Below, in pieces: positions 47,798 to 55,562 of a stretch of 64,000 nt of DNA (within the stretch, counting starts at the first letter, position 1; each line of letters starts with the position of its first letter). Source of the stretch: a virus; the IMG/VR virus record IMGVR_UViG_3300012347_000302, positions 20 through 64,019 of that record, one strand, 5' to 3'. The notes beneath the pieces are model-generated. The model did not search any database and had not been told where the DNA came from. It saw only the letters and a list, made by a program, of their open reading frames with translations. The position numbers and the translations under genes were made by a program.

Positions 47798-47958
47798 TCC
47801 CTGCGCTTGGCCAGCAGTGCGCTTTGCAGCTTCTCCATGTCGCGGCTATCGACATAGTTCTTGCTCGGTGCATAGGCTTTGCCGATGCGGTTGGGATGCC
47901 AGTCGTGCTTGATCTTCACGAGGGTCTTGCCGTTGGATTGTTGTTCGATGATTAGCAT
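47788..47958 (-). CDS. Hypothetical protein (56 aa)
   Basis: AGGA upstream of ATG 47958. Confidence 0.55.
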   Translation of the reverse strand: MLIIEQQSNGKTLVKIKHDWHPNRIGKAYAPSKNYVDSRDMEKLQSALLAKRREWQ

Positions 47959-48185
47959 TTGATTTCCTGTGGGTATCCTAAAAGTTTCATGAGGCCGATG
48001 CACTCGGCCTTGGTTATGTTGGTTGCGATGGTCTGCGCTGCTGAGATACCGAGGGGGTCACGGTCCCAGCTATACACATCCAAAGACCAGCGCCACGGTG
48101 CCCACCACAATCGGTGCGGCGCAACAGCGAAGATTTCATGCGATATGGGGAACAAGTACATGTCCCCCGAGCGAAGGGGTTTCAA
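47952..48185 (-). CDS. Small early protein
   Basis: Trp-rich; follows a palindrome; start uncertain (48185 or 48161). Confidence 0.55.
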   Translation of the reverse strand: MKPLRSGDMYLFPISHEIFAVAPHRLWWAPWRWSLDVYSWDRDPLGISAAQTIATNITKAECIGLMKLLGYPQEIKC

Positions 48186-48194
48186 CTTTTAACC

Positions 48195-49262
48195 TTAAAA
48201 GTATTTGCCCAGCTTGGCTGCTGCTGCGGTGAACTTGCGGTTCTTGCATGCCATGCCTACCTTGTTGCGGTTGGACGCGAGGGAGGTAACAAAGAGAGCG
48301 TGTGCCTCGAATGATTGGTCAGCCATACGCTCGGCGTACTCCATCACAGGGTCGAGGTTGTCTGCGTCCACTCGGCCAGCCAGCATGAACGCAAGGATGA
48401 ACAGCGCACCGACACTCTCGGGCACCTTGGTCTTGGTCGGGGTCTTCACGATGTTCTCGAACAGCGGCAACTGGTCAGCCAGATTCACAAGGGCTTCCAT
48501 GTCACGGGCAGCAGCCTCGCCGACAGTACCTGCAAGGGCTGGAATCAACGCAGTGCCGAGCACGCTGCGCTGCTTGATGATGTTCGATGCCTTGGTCAGC
48601 GAACGAGGTGAGCAGAAGGCCCGCACGTTGCCCGTCATGGGGTTGAAGATGTAGGGGTTCTTGTCTTTCTTGTCGAGGTCTGCATAGCAGTCGAAGACCT
48701 GCGGGTACTGCTTGGCAAACGCCATCACCTCGGGGGCTACGTTGTGGCCCGATGCCCAGTCAATCCACTGGTCGGCCGATGGGTTGGCCACAGTCACGAC
48801 AGTCATACGGTTGAACGCATGGGCTGGGATGTTGTCACCCACGCCGTCAGTGTCGAGGTTGGTTGTGCCGAACACAATGGAGCCGGTAGGCAGGGGCACA
48901 TCACCGATGCGACCTTCGAGAATCACAGGCAACAGCATGTTGAGCACAGGGCGTGACGCTTTACCCAACTCGTCGAGCATCAGCACGACAGGGCGTGTCT
49001 GGCCCTTGCCTACACCGAAGCGAGCGTTGGGTGCGTAGTTGGTGACCATTGTGTCTTTGTCGATGACTGGCATACCCAGATCGCCGAGGTCGAGGTTGGC
49101 TACGTCGATGTAGCAGATTTGATAGTCAGGCAGTTCACGTTCGAGTGTCTGCAAGATGGAAGACTTGCCGATGCCGGGCTGGCCGCGCAAGAGCAGGGTG
49201 TTTGTAGTGCCGACGTTGCGGATGAGAGTTGCAGCTTGGTTCAGGTTGATAGACATAGACAT
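48195..49262 (-). CDS. MoxR-like AAA+ ATPase
   Basis: GQPGIGKS Walker A; LMLDELGK Walker B; GTTN sensor; NRM; SPRS. Confidence 0.88.
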   Translation of the reverse strand: MSMSINLNQAATLIRNVGTTNTLLLRGQPGIGKSSILQTLERELPDYQICYIDVANLDLGDLGMPVIDKDTMVTNYAPNARFGVGKGQTRPVVLMLDELGKASRPVLNMLLPVILEGRIGDVPLPTGSIVFGTTNLDTDGVGDNIPAHAFNRMTVVTVANPSADQWIDWASGHNVAPEVMAFAKQYPQVFDCYADLDKKDKNPYIFNPMTGNVRAFCSPRSLTKASNIIKQRSVLGTALIPALAGTVGEAAARDMEALVNLADQLPLFENIVKTPTKTKVPESVGALFILAFMLAGRVDADNLDPVMEYAERMADQSFEAHALFVTSLASNRNKVGMACKNRKFTAAAAKLGKYF

Positions 49263-49318
49263 GATGATTTCCTTGGATTGAAAAGTTTTAAGATTAAAGG
49301 TTTGAGCTTTCGCTCGGC

Positions 49319-50056
49319 TTACAAGACTGTCTCGTCGGTATCGACGAGCTTGGTCATTGTTCGGGTTTGGCTTGCAATGAGTGACCTCAGTGCAGCTTTG
49401 TGATCGGGGTGGCTGGGCCTGCCTGTGTGTCGTGCATGGTATGTGCTGTACTTCGCAAGGGCCACAAGTTCGGGCCATTCGTTGGCGTGACAGTCAGAGG
49501 TCATGATCTTTCGTGTCAATGTTGCGAGCCAGCTCTGTGTAGGAACCTCGGCTGCTTGGTACAGAACAGGGAACATACCGACGAACCCAGACTCTTTAAT
49601 GTCTTGGCGAAACTCAGCGGTTTCTTCACGGTCGGTGCGCTTGGCTGAGAACTGCTTGGCTTCGCCCATCAGCTTGCCCTCGACGTCGAACGCCATGCCG
49701 TCATAGTACCTGTACGTCTTGCCGTTGACACGGATGCCGGTCTGCGAGTACCCACCCTTACGCACGCTGAACAGATAGCCCATGCCGAAGAAGCTAGTCA
49801 GTGCGTCGTTCATTGCACTGCGTGTAGTAGGTGACGTATGCCAGCCATTGGTGTTGAGCATGATGCTCCCATCCTCATAAGCGGTGATGAGGTCTGCGCT
49901 GTGCATACGCACCAGCATCTGCCCACCGTTGCCCTGCACTACACGGAAGTGTGTCTTGGCCCGGCGTGTCTTGTCTGCGGGTGCGTCGCCTTTGAATCGG
50001 CCACGCTTGTACACATGGCGTTCGAGGTGCAGTTTGAGTTTGGTGTGTGCTGTCAT
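49319..50056 (-). CDS. Hypothetical protein (245 aa)
   Basis: L.TNGW..SPTT...MN; follows a palindrome. Confidence 0.7.
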   Translation of the reverse strand: MTAHTKLKLHLERHVYKRGRFKGDAPADKTRRAKTHFRVVQGNGGQMLVRMHSADLITAYEDGSIMLNTNGWHTSPTTRSAMNDALTSFFGMGYLFSVRKGGYSQTGIRVNGKTYRYYDGMAFDVEGKLMGEAKQFSAKRTDREETAEFRQDIKESGFVGMFPVLYQAAEVPTQSWLATLTRKIMTSDCHANEWPELVALAKYSTYHARHTGRPSHPDHKAALRSLIASQTRTMTKLVDTDETVL

Positions 50057-50082
50057 GATGTACTTTCTTTTAAGGTTAAAAC

Positions 50083-50355
50083 TCATGTCGCGGGGTGCGT
50101 CATCTTCCCGATAGCATGGGTAACGAGCGCCCAATCCACGGCGTCTCGCAAGGCTTCGAGCTGTTCGACAGTGCTTATACTCACTGTACACGCAGGAGTT
50201 CCTGCTGATCCGTCCTCCGCTTCGCCCCCGCCGTAGAAGATGGTGAGGTGCGGTCGCCATGAACTGTGCCCGTCGGTTGCCTCCAAAGTTACTCGCCGAG
50301 CTATGACTGGCATGTTTTCGTGTATGAGAAATGCCTTTGCCTCATAAACTTGCAT
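50083..50355 (-). CDS. Hypothetical protein
   Basis: Overlap-coupled; ends at a palindrome. Confidence 0.55.
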   Translation of the reverse strand: MQVYEAKAFLIHENMPVIARRVTLEATDGHSSWRPHLTIFYGGGEAEDGSAGTPACTVSISTVEQLEALRDAVDWALVTHAIGKMTHPAT

Positions 50356-50587
50356 CTGTCTTCTCCTTGGGTTTGTCGAGCTTGACGAGTTCGCCAGCAG
50401 CTACGCTGAAGGCATGTGATACGGCCAGCAGATCGTTCAGTTCTTTCTGTGCACTCAACAGTACGTTGACTGCTGTCTCTTTGGCCATGCCCTGCATGAG
50501 CAGGGTGGCTATCTCAGGCTTGCGTTGCATCGACTTGCGCAGCAGTCGGATGGCTTGCTGCTCGTCGAGCATGAGTTTGATCGTCAT
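50342..50587 (-). CDS. Helical hypothetical protein (81 aa)
   Basis: ATG 2 nt after a palindrome. Confidence 0.6.
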   Translation of the reverse strand: MTIKLMLDEQQAIRLLRKSMQRKPEIATLLMQGMAKETAVNVLLSAQKELNDLLAVSHAFSVAAGELVKLDKPKEKTDASL

Positions 50588-50604
50588 ACTTTTAACCTTA
50601 AAAG

Positions 50605-50817
50605 TTACAGGCTTCCGCCCTTGTGTGATGAGTTGAGTCCCTTGAGTAGGGACAGATCGGTGAACAACATGTAGTTGCTCTTGGGCATGGGTGCCACTGT
50701 GTGCTTGACCTTCTTGGCTTGCTTCTCGCCGCAGGTCAGGCATGTGCGATACCCGAGCTGGTATCGTTGCATTGGAATGTCCTCGATGTAGCACGAGGGG
50801 CATAGGGGTTCAGTCAT
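50605..50817 (-). CDS. C4 zinc-finger protein, DksA/TraR-like
   Basis: CPSC-YIEDIPMQR...-CLTC. Confidence 0.6.
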   Translation of the reverse strand: MTEPLCPSCYIEDIPMQRYQLGYRTCLTCGEKQAKKVKHTVAPMPKSNYMLFTDLSLLKGLNSSHKGGSL

Positions 50818-51014
50818 TGGTTCTCCACGGTGGTGATGAATTGCAGGAAGTCTTTGGCGGATTCTCTGTTGTCGAACTCACCACGGACGATGGGGTTGTC
50901 GATGGTTCCCGCAGTGCGGGCGTACCACATTTGGCTGTCCGACTCGTAGCCAATCCAGCCGAGCACACGGTTACGGTTAAACAGCACAGAGCCTTTCCAT
51001 TCGGGTTCGGTCAT
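50814..51014 (-). CDS. Small early protein (F-x-T-x-x-x-A family)
   Basis: GEFDNRESAKDFL. Confidence 0.7.
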   Translation of the reverse strand: MTEPEWKGSVLFNRNRVLGWIGYESDSQMWYARTAGTIDNPIVRGEFDNRESAKDFLQFITTVENQ

Positions 51015-51259
51015 GATTGGCTTCCTTCGATTACTCTGAGCACAGCGAGTGCTTGGGTTAGGGTTTTGAACTGTTGCAATGGGCGCTCACATTCTTTGGT
51101 GTCGTCATCAAGCCAGTCACACAGGTGGTAGTCAGGCACGAAGGGGAATCGCGCAACTACATACCCACATTCAGCCTTGCTGCTGTCGATGTGCCAGACA
51201 ACGCAGTCATCCCACACTGACCGTGTGTACCCGTCTCTCTTTACGTGGTCGAGCATCAT
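51011..51259 (-). CDS. Small early protein (F-x-T-x-x-x-A family)
   Basis: QFKTLTQALAVL. Confidence 0.65.
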   Translation of the reverse strand: MMLDHVKRDGYTRSVWDDCVVWHIDSSKAECGYVVARFPFVPDYHLCDWLDDDTKECERPLQQFKTLTQALAVLRVIEGSQS

Positions 51260-51534
51260 TTGCGCCCCCTGAACCCGCCGATAACGGCGACCATTGATGC
51301 GTCGATCAGGGCTTGCAGGGCTTCGTGCTCCGTGTCGAAGATGTGCTTCTCAGGGTAGACGGGCGGCGACAGCCACGGTCGTTGGTATGAATCGTTGGGC
51401 ATGTCAGTCATCCATGAGCACAGGCAGTAGAACTGCGTGTGGTTGGTGTTCTGTACCCAGCCCATCTTGAACGGCTTGGTGCCGTTCTCCATGTCGCACA
51501 GCAGGTCGTGTGTGTTTACGAAGTAGAGCTTCAT
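51256..51534 (-). CDS. Small early protein (F-x-T-x-x-x-A family)
   Basis: IFDTEHEALQAL; ATG 2 nt after a palindrome. Confidence 0.7.
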   Translation of the reverse strand: MKLYFVNTHDLLCDMENGTKPFKMGWVQNTNHTQFYCLCSWMTDMPNDSYQRPWLSPPVYPEKHIFDTEHEALQALIDASMVAVIGGFRGRK

Positions 51535-51568
51535 TGTTTTAACCTTAAAAGTTTCAACGCGCCGCGCG

Positions 51569-51793
51569 TCATAGTTGTCGGCTTGCCGTGATGGTGACGA
51601 GGAAGTCTTGGGCTTCTTCGAGCGTTGGCATGACACCCAGAAACTCACGGGCGTAGGGGTTCTTGCTGGGGTTCTCGCCGTACACGCTGACCGCATCGGG
51701 CTTGACCTCATACACAAGGCCAACTGATTTGCCGTTTACTACCAGCCAGTGTTGTCGTGGTATGCGGGCGTCGGCTATCCATCGGTAGTTCAT
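51569..51793 (-). CDS. Small early protein (F-x-T-x-x-x-A family)
   Basis: GVMPTLEEAQDFL. Confidence 0.7.
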   Translation of the reverse strand: MNYRWIADARIPRQHWLVVNGKSVGLVYEVKPDAVSVYGENPSKNPYAREFLGVMPTLEEAQDFLVTITASRQL

Positions 51794-52083
51794 ATCTGTA
51801 TTCCTTGTATCTTGAGGACTGCAACGAGTTCGGGGACTTTGCGTTCGACTGCACGTTTGGCCGCTTCGAGCGTGGGGTACTTGTGCTTGAGGATGTATGC
51901 GTTGGGCGGCACAAGATCGTTGAAGTGGTAGCTGAGGTTGACTCGATAGTGGTTCTTGGGGTTGCCCGGGATGTGATACACACCTGCCACGCCGATGGAG
52001 CGTGACAACTCCACGGTGTTCTCGTCGTACCTGTAGGTGTAGTGCCCATTCCTCAGAGGGCCGAACCATTCAAAGGTTGTCAT
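51790..52083 (-). CDS. Small early protein (F-x-T-x-x-x-A family)
   Basis: KYPTLEAAKRAV. Confidence 0.7.
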   Translation of the reverse strand: MTTFEWFGPLRNGHYTYRYDENTVELSRSIGVAGVYHIPGNPKNHYRVNLSYHFNDLVPPNAYILKHKYPTLEAAKRAVERKVPELVAVLKIQGIQI

Positions 52084-52337
52084 TCGTCGTCTCCAGTGTT
52101 TGCACAGTGCCTGATCCACATGGCGGGCAGGTGGCGTTCGCAGAAGTTCTTGGCACCTCGCTTGGTCTTGAACTTCTCGCCATCGGGGAACTCGTTGTCC
52201 TTCATGTCCATGAACTTGCATATGTAGTGGGCGTTGCGCCGGATGAACGCGAGGAGGTGCCAGTCATCCGCAGTGACCTGCACCCGCAGGTCAAGGTCGT
52301 CTGGGTAGCGGGCGTCGTAGTCCCATTTGTAGTTCAT
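52080..52337 (-). CDS. Small early protein (F-x-T-x-x-x-A family)
   Basis: KFKTKRGAKNFC. Confidence 0.7.
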   Translation of the reverse strand: MNYKWDYDARYPDDLDLRVQVTADDWHLLAFIRRNAHYICKFMDMKDNEFPDGEKFKTKRGAKNFCERHLPAMWIRHCANTGDDE

Positions 52338-52495
52338 GATTGTCCCCCTTCAGGCATACCGCAGTCGGACAGGAACGCAACGAGTGCGTCCTCTGGGGTG
52401 TGGCCCAGCAATTCGGCAATGGCCGTCCAGTCTTGCGAGTCAATGTCGAGTTTCATCTGTTCGATCACAGCGTCAATCAATGCGGCGTCTTTCAT
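52334..52495 (-). CDS. Small acidic protein (53 aa)
   Basis: AAAGGA RBS just after a palindrome; LID.VIEQ...D....D.TAI.ELL. Confidence 0.65.
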   Translation of the reverse strand: MKDAALIDAVIEQMKLDIDSQDWTAIAELLGHTPEDALVAFLSDCGMPEGGQS

Positions 52496-52517
52496 GGCGA
52501 TTCCTTTAAGCTTAAAA

Positions 52518-52913
52518 GATATGCGGTATTGCACATCACAAAGGGCACAGGTATTGCCTATGCCCTTCAGGATGCCACCTCGTGAGAGGTGTCCTTGGAC
52601 TGCGATAGTGTTTGTCGGGCTGGCATATCGGGGTTGGTTACCCTTCCAGCGCCCTAACGCTCATACATAATTTCTTAGAGAGGAGCGCACACAGTTAGGC
52701 AGTGGGTGAACGTATTGCATGAAGCTATCGTCGCTGGTGACTCTGGCCTATGGCGACTACACCACTTCATACCCCCGGCTATACGGGGACGCCTTCTCGT
52801 CTGTGGGGAGTGATCTCATATCCATGTCGGGGATGCTTGGTGGCTGTCCCGCTGTCTGGCCTAATTCCTACTACACGACTTTTGCTTGTGCAACGGCGGC
52901 TCGATGGGAAATC
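52518..52913 (-). ncRNA. Candidate structured non-coding RNA/long leader
   Basis: No sense-strand ORF of 60 aa or more; several hairpins; three GCAATAC copies; flanked by two palindromes; downstream of a strong promoter. Confidence 0.35.
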
Positions 52914-53028
52914 CTTTAACCTTAAAAGTTATAGAAAATCCTAACTGTCTCTGGGTTGTTAAGGAGCATGAGCCGCACATGAATAAGGCTGGCTGGGAAT
53001 TGGAAACGATCTCCAACTCGATATATGT

Positions 53029-53057
53029 ATTCTACCACAAATACCTATATATGTCAA
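53029..53057 (-). promoter_or_regulatory. Strong sigma70 early promoter
   Basis: On - strand TTGACA-17 nt-TAGAAT with extended -10 TG. Confidence 0.85.
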
Positions 53058-53074
53058 GTCTTTTCGGTGGGGGT

Positions 53075-53100
53075 TGGGGGGCAGGTTTGCCCCCCATTTT
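53075..53100 (+). terminator. 9-bp GC hairpin with U-tract on the + strand
   Basis: TGGGGGGCA-GGTT-TGCCCCCCA-TTTT; at the 3' end of the - strand gene 53104-53349. Confidence 0.55.
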
Positions 53101-53103
53101 GGC

Positions 53104-53349
53104 TTAGCTGTTGATGATGGCTTCGATGTCGGCTTCACTCATGGCATAGATCACTGCAATGGATTCGATGGATTTGCCGGTTGACCTGACGTGCTTGATG
53201 ATCTTGGCCCGCTGGTCGTAGTCGGTCTTGAGGTATTCCTGCAAGGCTCTGACCACGGCAGCATCAACGCTGCCTGCACGGGCAATGAGTTCATCGGCCA
53301 CATCAAGCGGTAGGTCAAGCTCAACGGTGTGGAATTCGGGTGTTGTCAT
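53104..53349 (-). CDS. Putative DNA-binding protein (RHH-like + HTH-like)
   Basis: TVELDLPLDVADEL...VVRALQEYL; KSIESIAVIYAMSEADIEAII. Confidence 0.6.
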   Translation of the reverse strand: MTTPEFHTVELDLPLDVADELIARAGSVDAAVVRALQEYLKTDYDQRAKIIKHVRSTGKSIESIAVIYAMSEADIEAIINS

Positions 53350-53369
53350 AGTTGTGGTCTCCTGTTGGT

Positions 53370-54221
53370 TCAGATGGCGAAGTCTGGGTTGTTGGGGTCG
53401 AACATGGACACGTCCACCTTGGCTGGGTCAGGGATTTTGATCGGCTTGGGTTGTTGGAACAGCTCAGGGTTTCGCATGGATGGTGGGATGACTGCCAGTT
53501 TACGGGGTGCAGGGGTGGAAACTTCTAAGCTTAAAACTTCCTGTGGTTGGGATGCGGCAATGGATGCGTTCGCCTTATCGCCGATGGTGGGTTTGGCTGG
53601 CAGGTTCGCTTTGTATGCAGCGTACAGGTCGCGCACTCGCTGCACATCCAACTCATAGGTGTTCGCGGCAACGGCAATGGTCATGCCCGCGTCGAGTTCG
53701 TCATACATACGCATGAGGTTGGGCTGGCCGTGAGACTGGCGGGGGTTGGGCTTAGAGCCGCGTCCACGGCGTGGAGTATCCCCGCTGGCTACACGATGCA
53801 GGGCTACGATCTGCCCAACGCGCACAATGGATATGCCGAACTCGGATGCAACCTCGGCTTGTGTGGCCCCGGCTTTGATTCGCGCGTACAGATCGGCGTC
53901 GCGCTGCTCGTTGATCTTGGGTCGGCCTACGGTGCCACGGGTCATGCTGAGCCGGTCGGCCTCGGTGGATAGCAGTTGGATGGCAGAGCGCAGAGCCTTG
54001 GCAGGGGATGTGTCCAGTTGTTTGGCCAGCTCCTGCAGGGTGTTATACGTGGCAGGGCCCATGCCGTTGATAAGCTGCAGGCCAGCGCGGGTTGCGCTTT
54101 CTACGGTGCCTTCAAAGGTTTCGGTGATGCGGTGGGCTACGGCAAGGGGGATTTCGATGGTGATGGAACGCATGGCGGGGTCTGGAGTGGGTGCGGTTGT
54201 TGGGTGGGTGCTGTCGGTCAT
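53370..54221 (-). CDS. Multi-domain DNA-binding regulator (RHH-like + two HTH)
   Basis: GATQAEVASEFGISIVRVGQIV; GMTIAVAANTYELDVQRVRDLY; N-terminus similar to 53104-53349. Confidence 0.7.
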   Translation of the reverse strand: MTDSTHPTTAPTPDPAMRSITIEIPLAVAHRITETFEGTVESATRAGLQLINGMGPATYNTLQELAKQLDTSPAKALRSAIQLLSTEADRLSMTRGTVGRPKINEQRDADLYARIKAGATQAEVASEFGISIVRVGQIVALHRVASGDTPRRGRGSKPNPRQSHGQPNLMRMYDELDAGMTIAVAANTYELDVQRVRDLYAAYKANLPAKPTIGDKANASIAASQPQEVLSLEVSTPAPRKLAVIPPSMRNPELFQQPKPIKIPDPAKVDVSMFDPNNPDFAI

Positions 54222-54560
54222 AGTAGTCCTTGGGGGTGGGGTTGATGAAGGGGTCAGTGTATCACAGGTTAGGGCTTATGGGTAGTTGTGAAACAGATGT
54301 ACAGACGGGGGGAGTTTTGCTACGGGGCGGGGGATCAATATGTAATCGCTGGAAGCCCCTCGTGGCTTGGGGGTTGGCCGGAAGGGTAGCTATTTGATGA
54401 TACGAGTTACGGCGATACAGGGTGTCCAGAGCCCGCCAGAGACCCCCTGCCCGGACTAAACTTTTAACGTTAAAACTTCCGCAAGTGAGCCAAAGACCTT
54501 TCCTAGCTTTTCATACCTAAAAGCCTGTACATCAGTAACAATAAACAAATAAATATCTAA

Positions 54561-54577
54561 TCTCTCTCTCTCTCTCT
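54561..54577. repeat. (TC)8T microsatellite in non-coding control region
   Basis: Read directly from the sequence. Confidence 0.9.
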
Positions 54578-54893
54578 GCCGTAAGTGCTTGATTTCATTG
54601 GATATTTTCCCTTAGCTATTTTGCTTTAGTCGTGATACGGGGGTTTTGTAACGAGCCCTGATTTTCTGTACGGCTGTTCCACAACAACCAATATCTTTTA
54701 ACCTTAAAACTCTCCGGGGGTCTTGCGCGCGGCGTGTGCTCGGCGCCTGCACCTCATGCCATCGCCCTGCCGCTTGGCCGCCTCTCCCTCACGCACGGCT
54801 GCGCACACTCGCACTCACACTCTCCCTCACGGTCGCACTACTATGACGGTTCCCCACAGACGTGGGGAACGTGGGCTCCAAAAAGTACAGGCG

Positions 54894-54918
54894 AAAAAAA
54901 GCCCGGCCGGAGCCGGGC
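54894..54918 (-). terminator. Terminator after first early gene
   Basis: On - strand GCCCGGC-TCCG-GCCGGGC-TTTTTTT. Confidence 0.85.
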
Positions 54919-54942
54919 GGTAAGGGCTTGCGCCCTTGGGTC

Positions 54943-55473
54943 TCACTTGCTGAGCACGGTCTCCTCAAAACCATCCAAGCGATCTTGGCACAAGTCAACC
55001 AAGTCGGCGGCAAAATCGAGCAAGCCAAGCAAGCGGGCTTGCGCCATTGCTTTAGATAACGTTTTGTCCAAGTCGGTGCGACTTGTCGATTGCACGGCGC
55101 CGGATGCCTTGGCGCTTGTCTTGGCTTCGCCGGTTTCGCCCTTTTCTTTTTTGTTGTTCAGGTCACGCTTGAATTCAATGCCTTGTTCGAAGGCGATCCA
55201 AAATGCAGATTGATACGATGCGCCGGATGATTTGCTAATGAAGCCCTTTTCAACGATGGCATCGAACATGGCTTTGATCTGGCCGCGTGCTGGGTTAGTC
55301 TTTGCGTTACCCTTCAAGAACTCAGCCTTGGGTTTGTCACACGCAATGAACATGGCATCGAGCGCACCTTGGATGGCCTTGTCTTGGCTAGTGCGAGCCT
55401 TGGCGATGGCCTTGGCTTCGCCCTCAAACGAACGGACAACGGCGGCGATAAGGGAGGCATTGATAACGGACAT
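54943..55473 (-). CDS. First gene of the - arm, unknown function (176 aa)
   Basis: AAGGA RBS; own promoter and terminator. Confidence 0.75.
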   Translation of the reverse strand: MSVINASLIAAVVRSFEGEAKAIAKARTSQDKAIQGALDAMFIACDKPKAEFLKGNAKTNPARGQIKAMFDAIVEKGFISKSSGASYQSAFWIAFEQGIEFKRDLNNKKEKGETGEAKTSAKASGAVQSTSRTDLDKTLSKAMAQARLLGLLDFAADLVDLCQDRLDGFEETVLSK

Positions 55474-55520
55474 GATGTTTTCCTTTAGGTTTTTCTCAGT
55501 CACCATCGACTGAGGACTCA

Positions 55521-55549
55521 ACTGTAACCCAACGCATAGGTAATGTCAA
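55521..55549 (-). promoter_or_regulatory. Sigma70 promoter of the first early gene
   Basis: On - strand TTGACA-17 nt-TACAGT. Confidence 0.75.
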
Positions 55550-55562
55550 CCCCATTACCTAT
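55536..55562. promoter_or_regulatory. Operator-like inverted repeat overlapping the -35 box
   Basis: ATAGGTAATG-N7-CATTACCTAT, perfect 10-bp arms. Confidence 0.7.
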
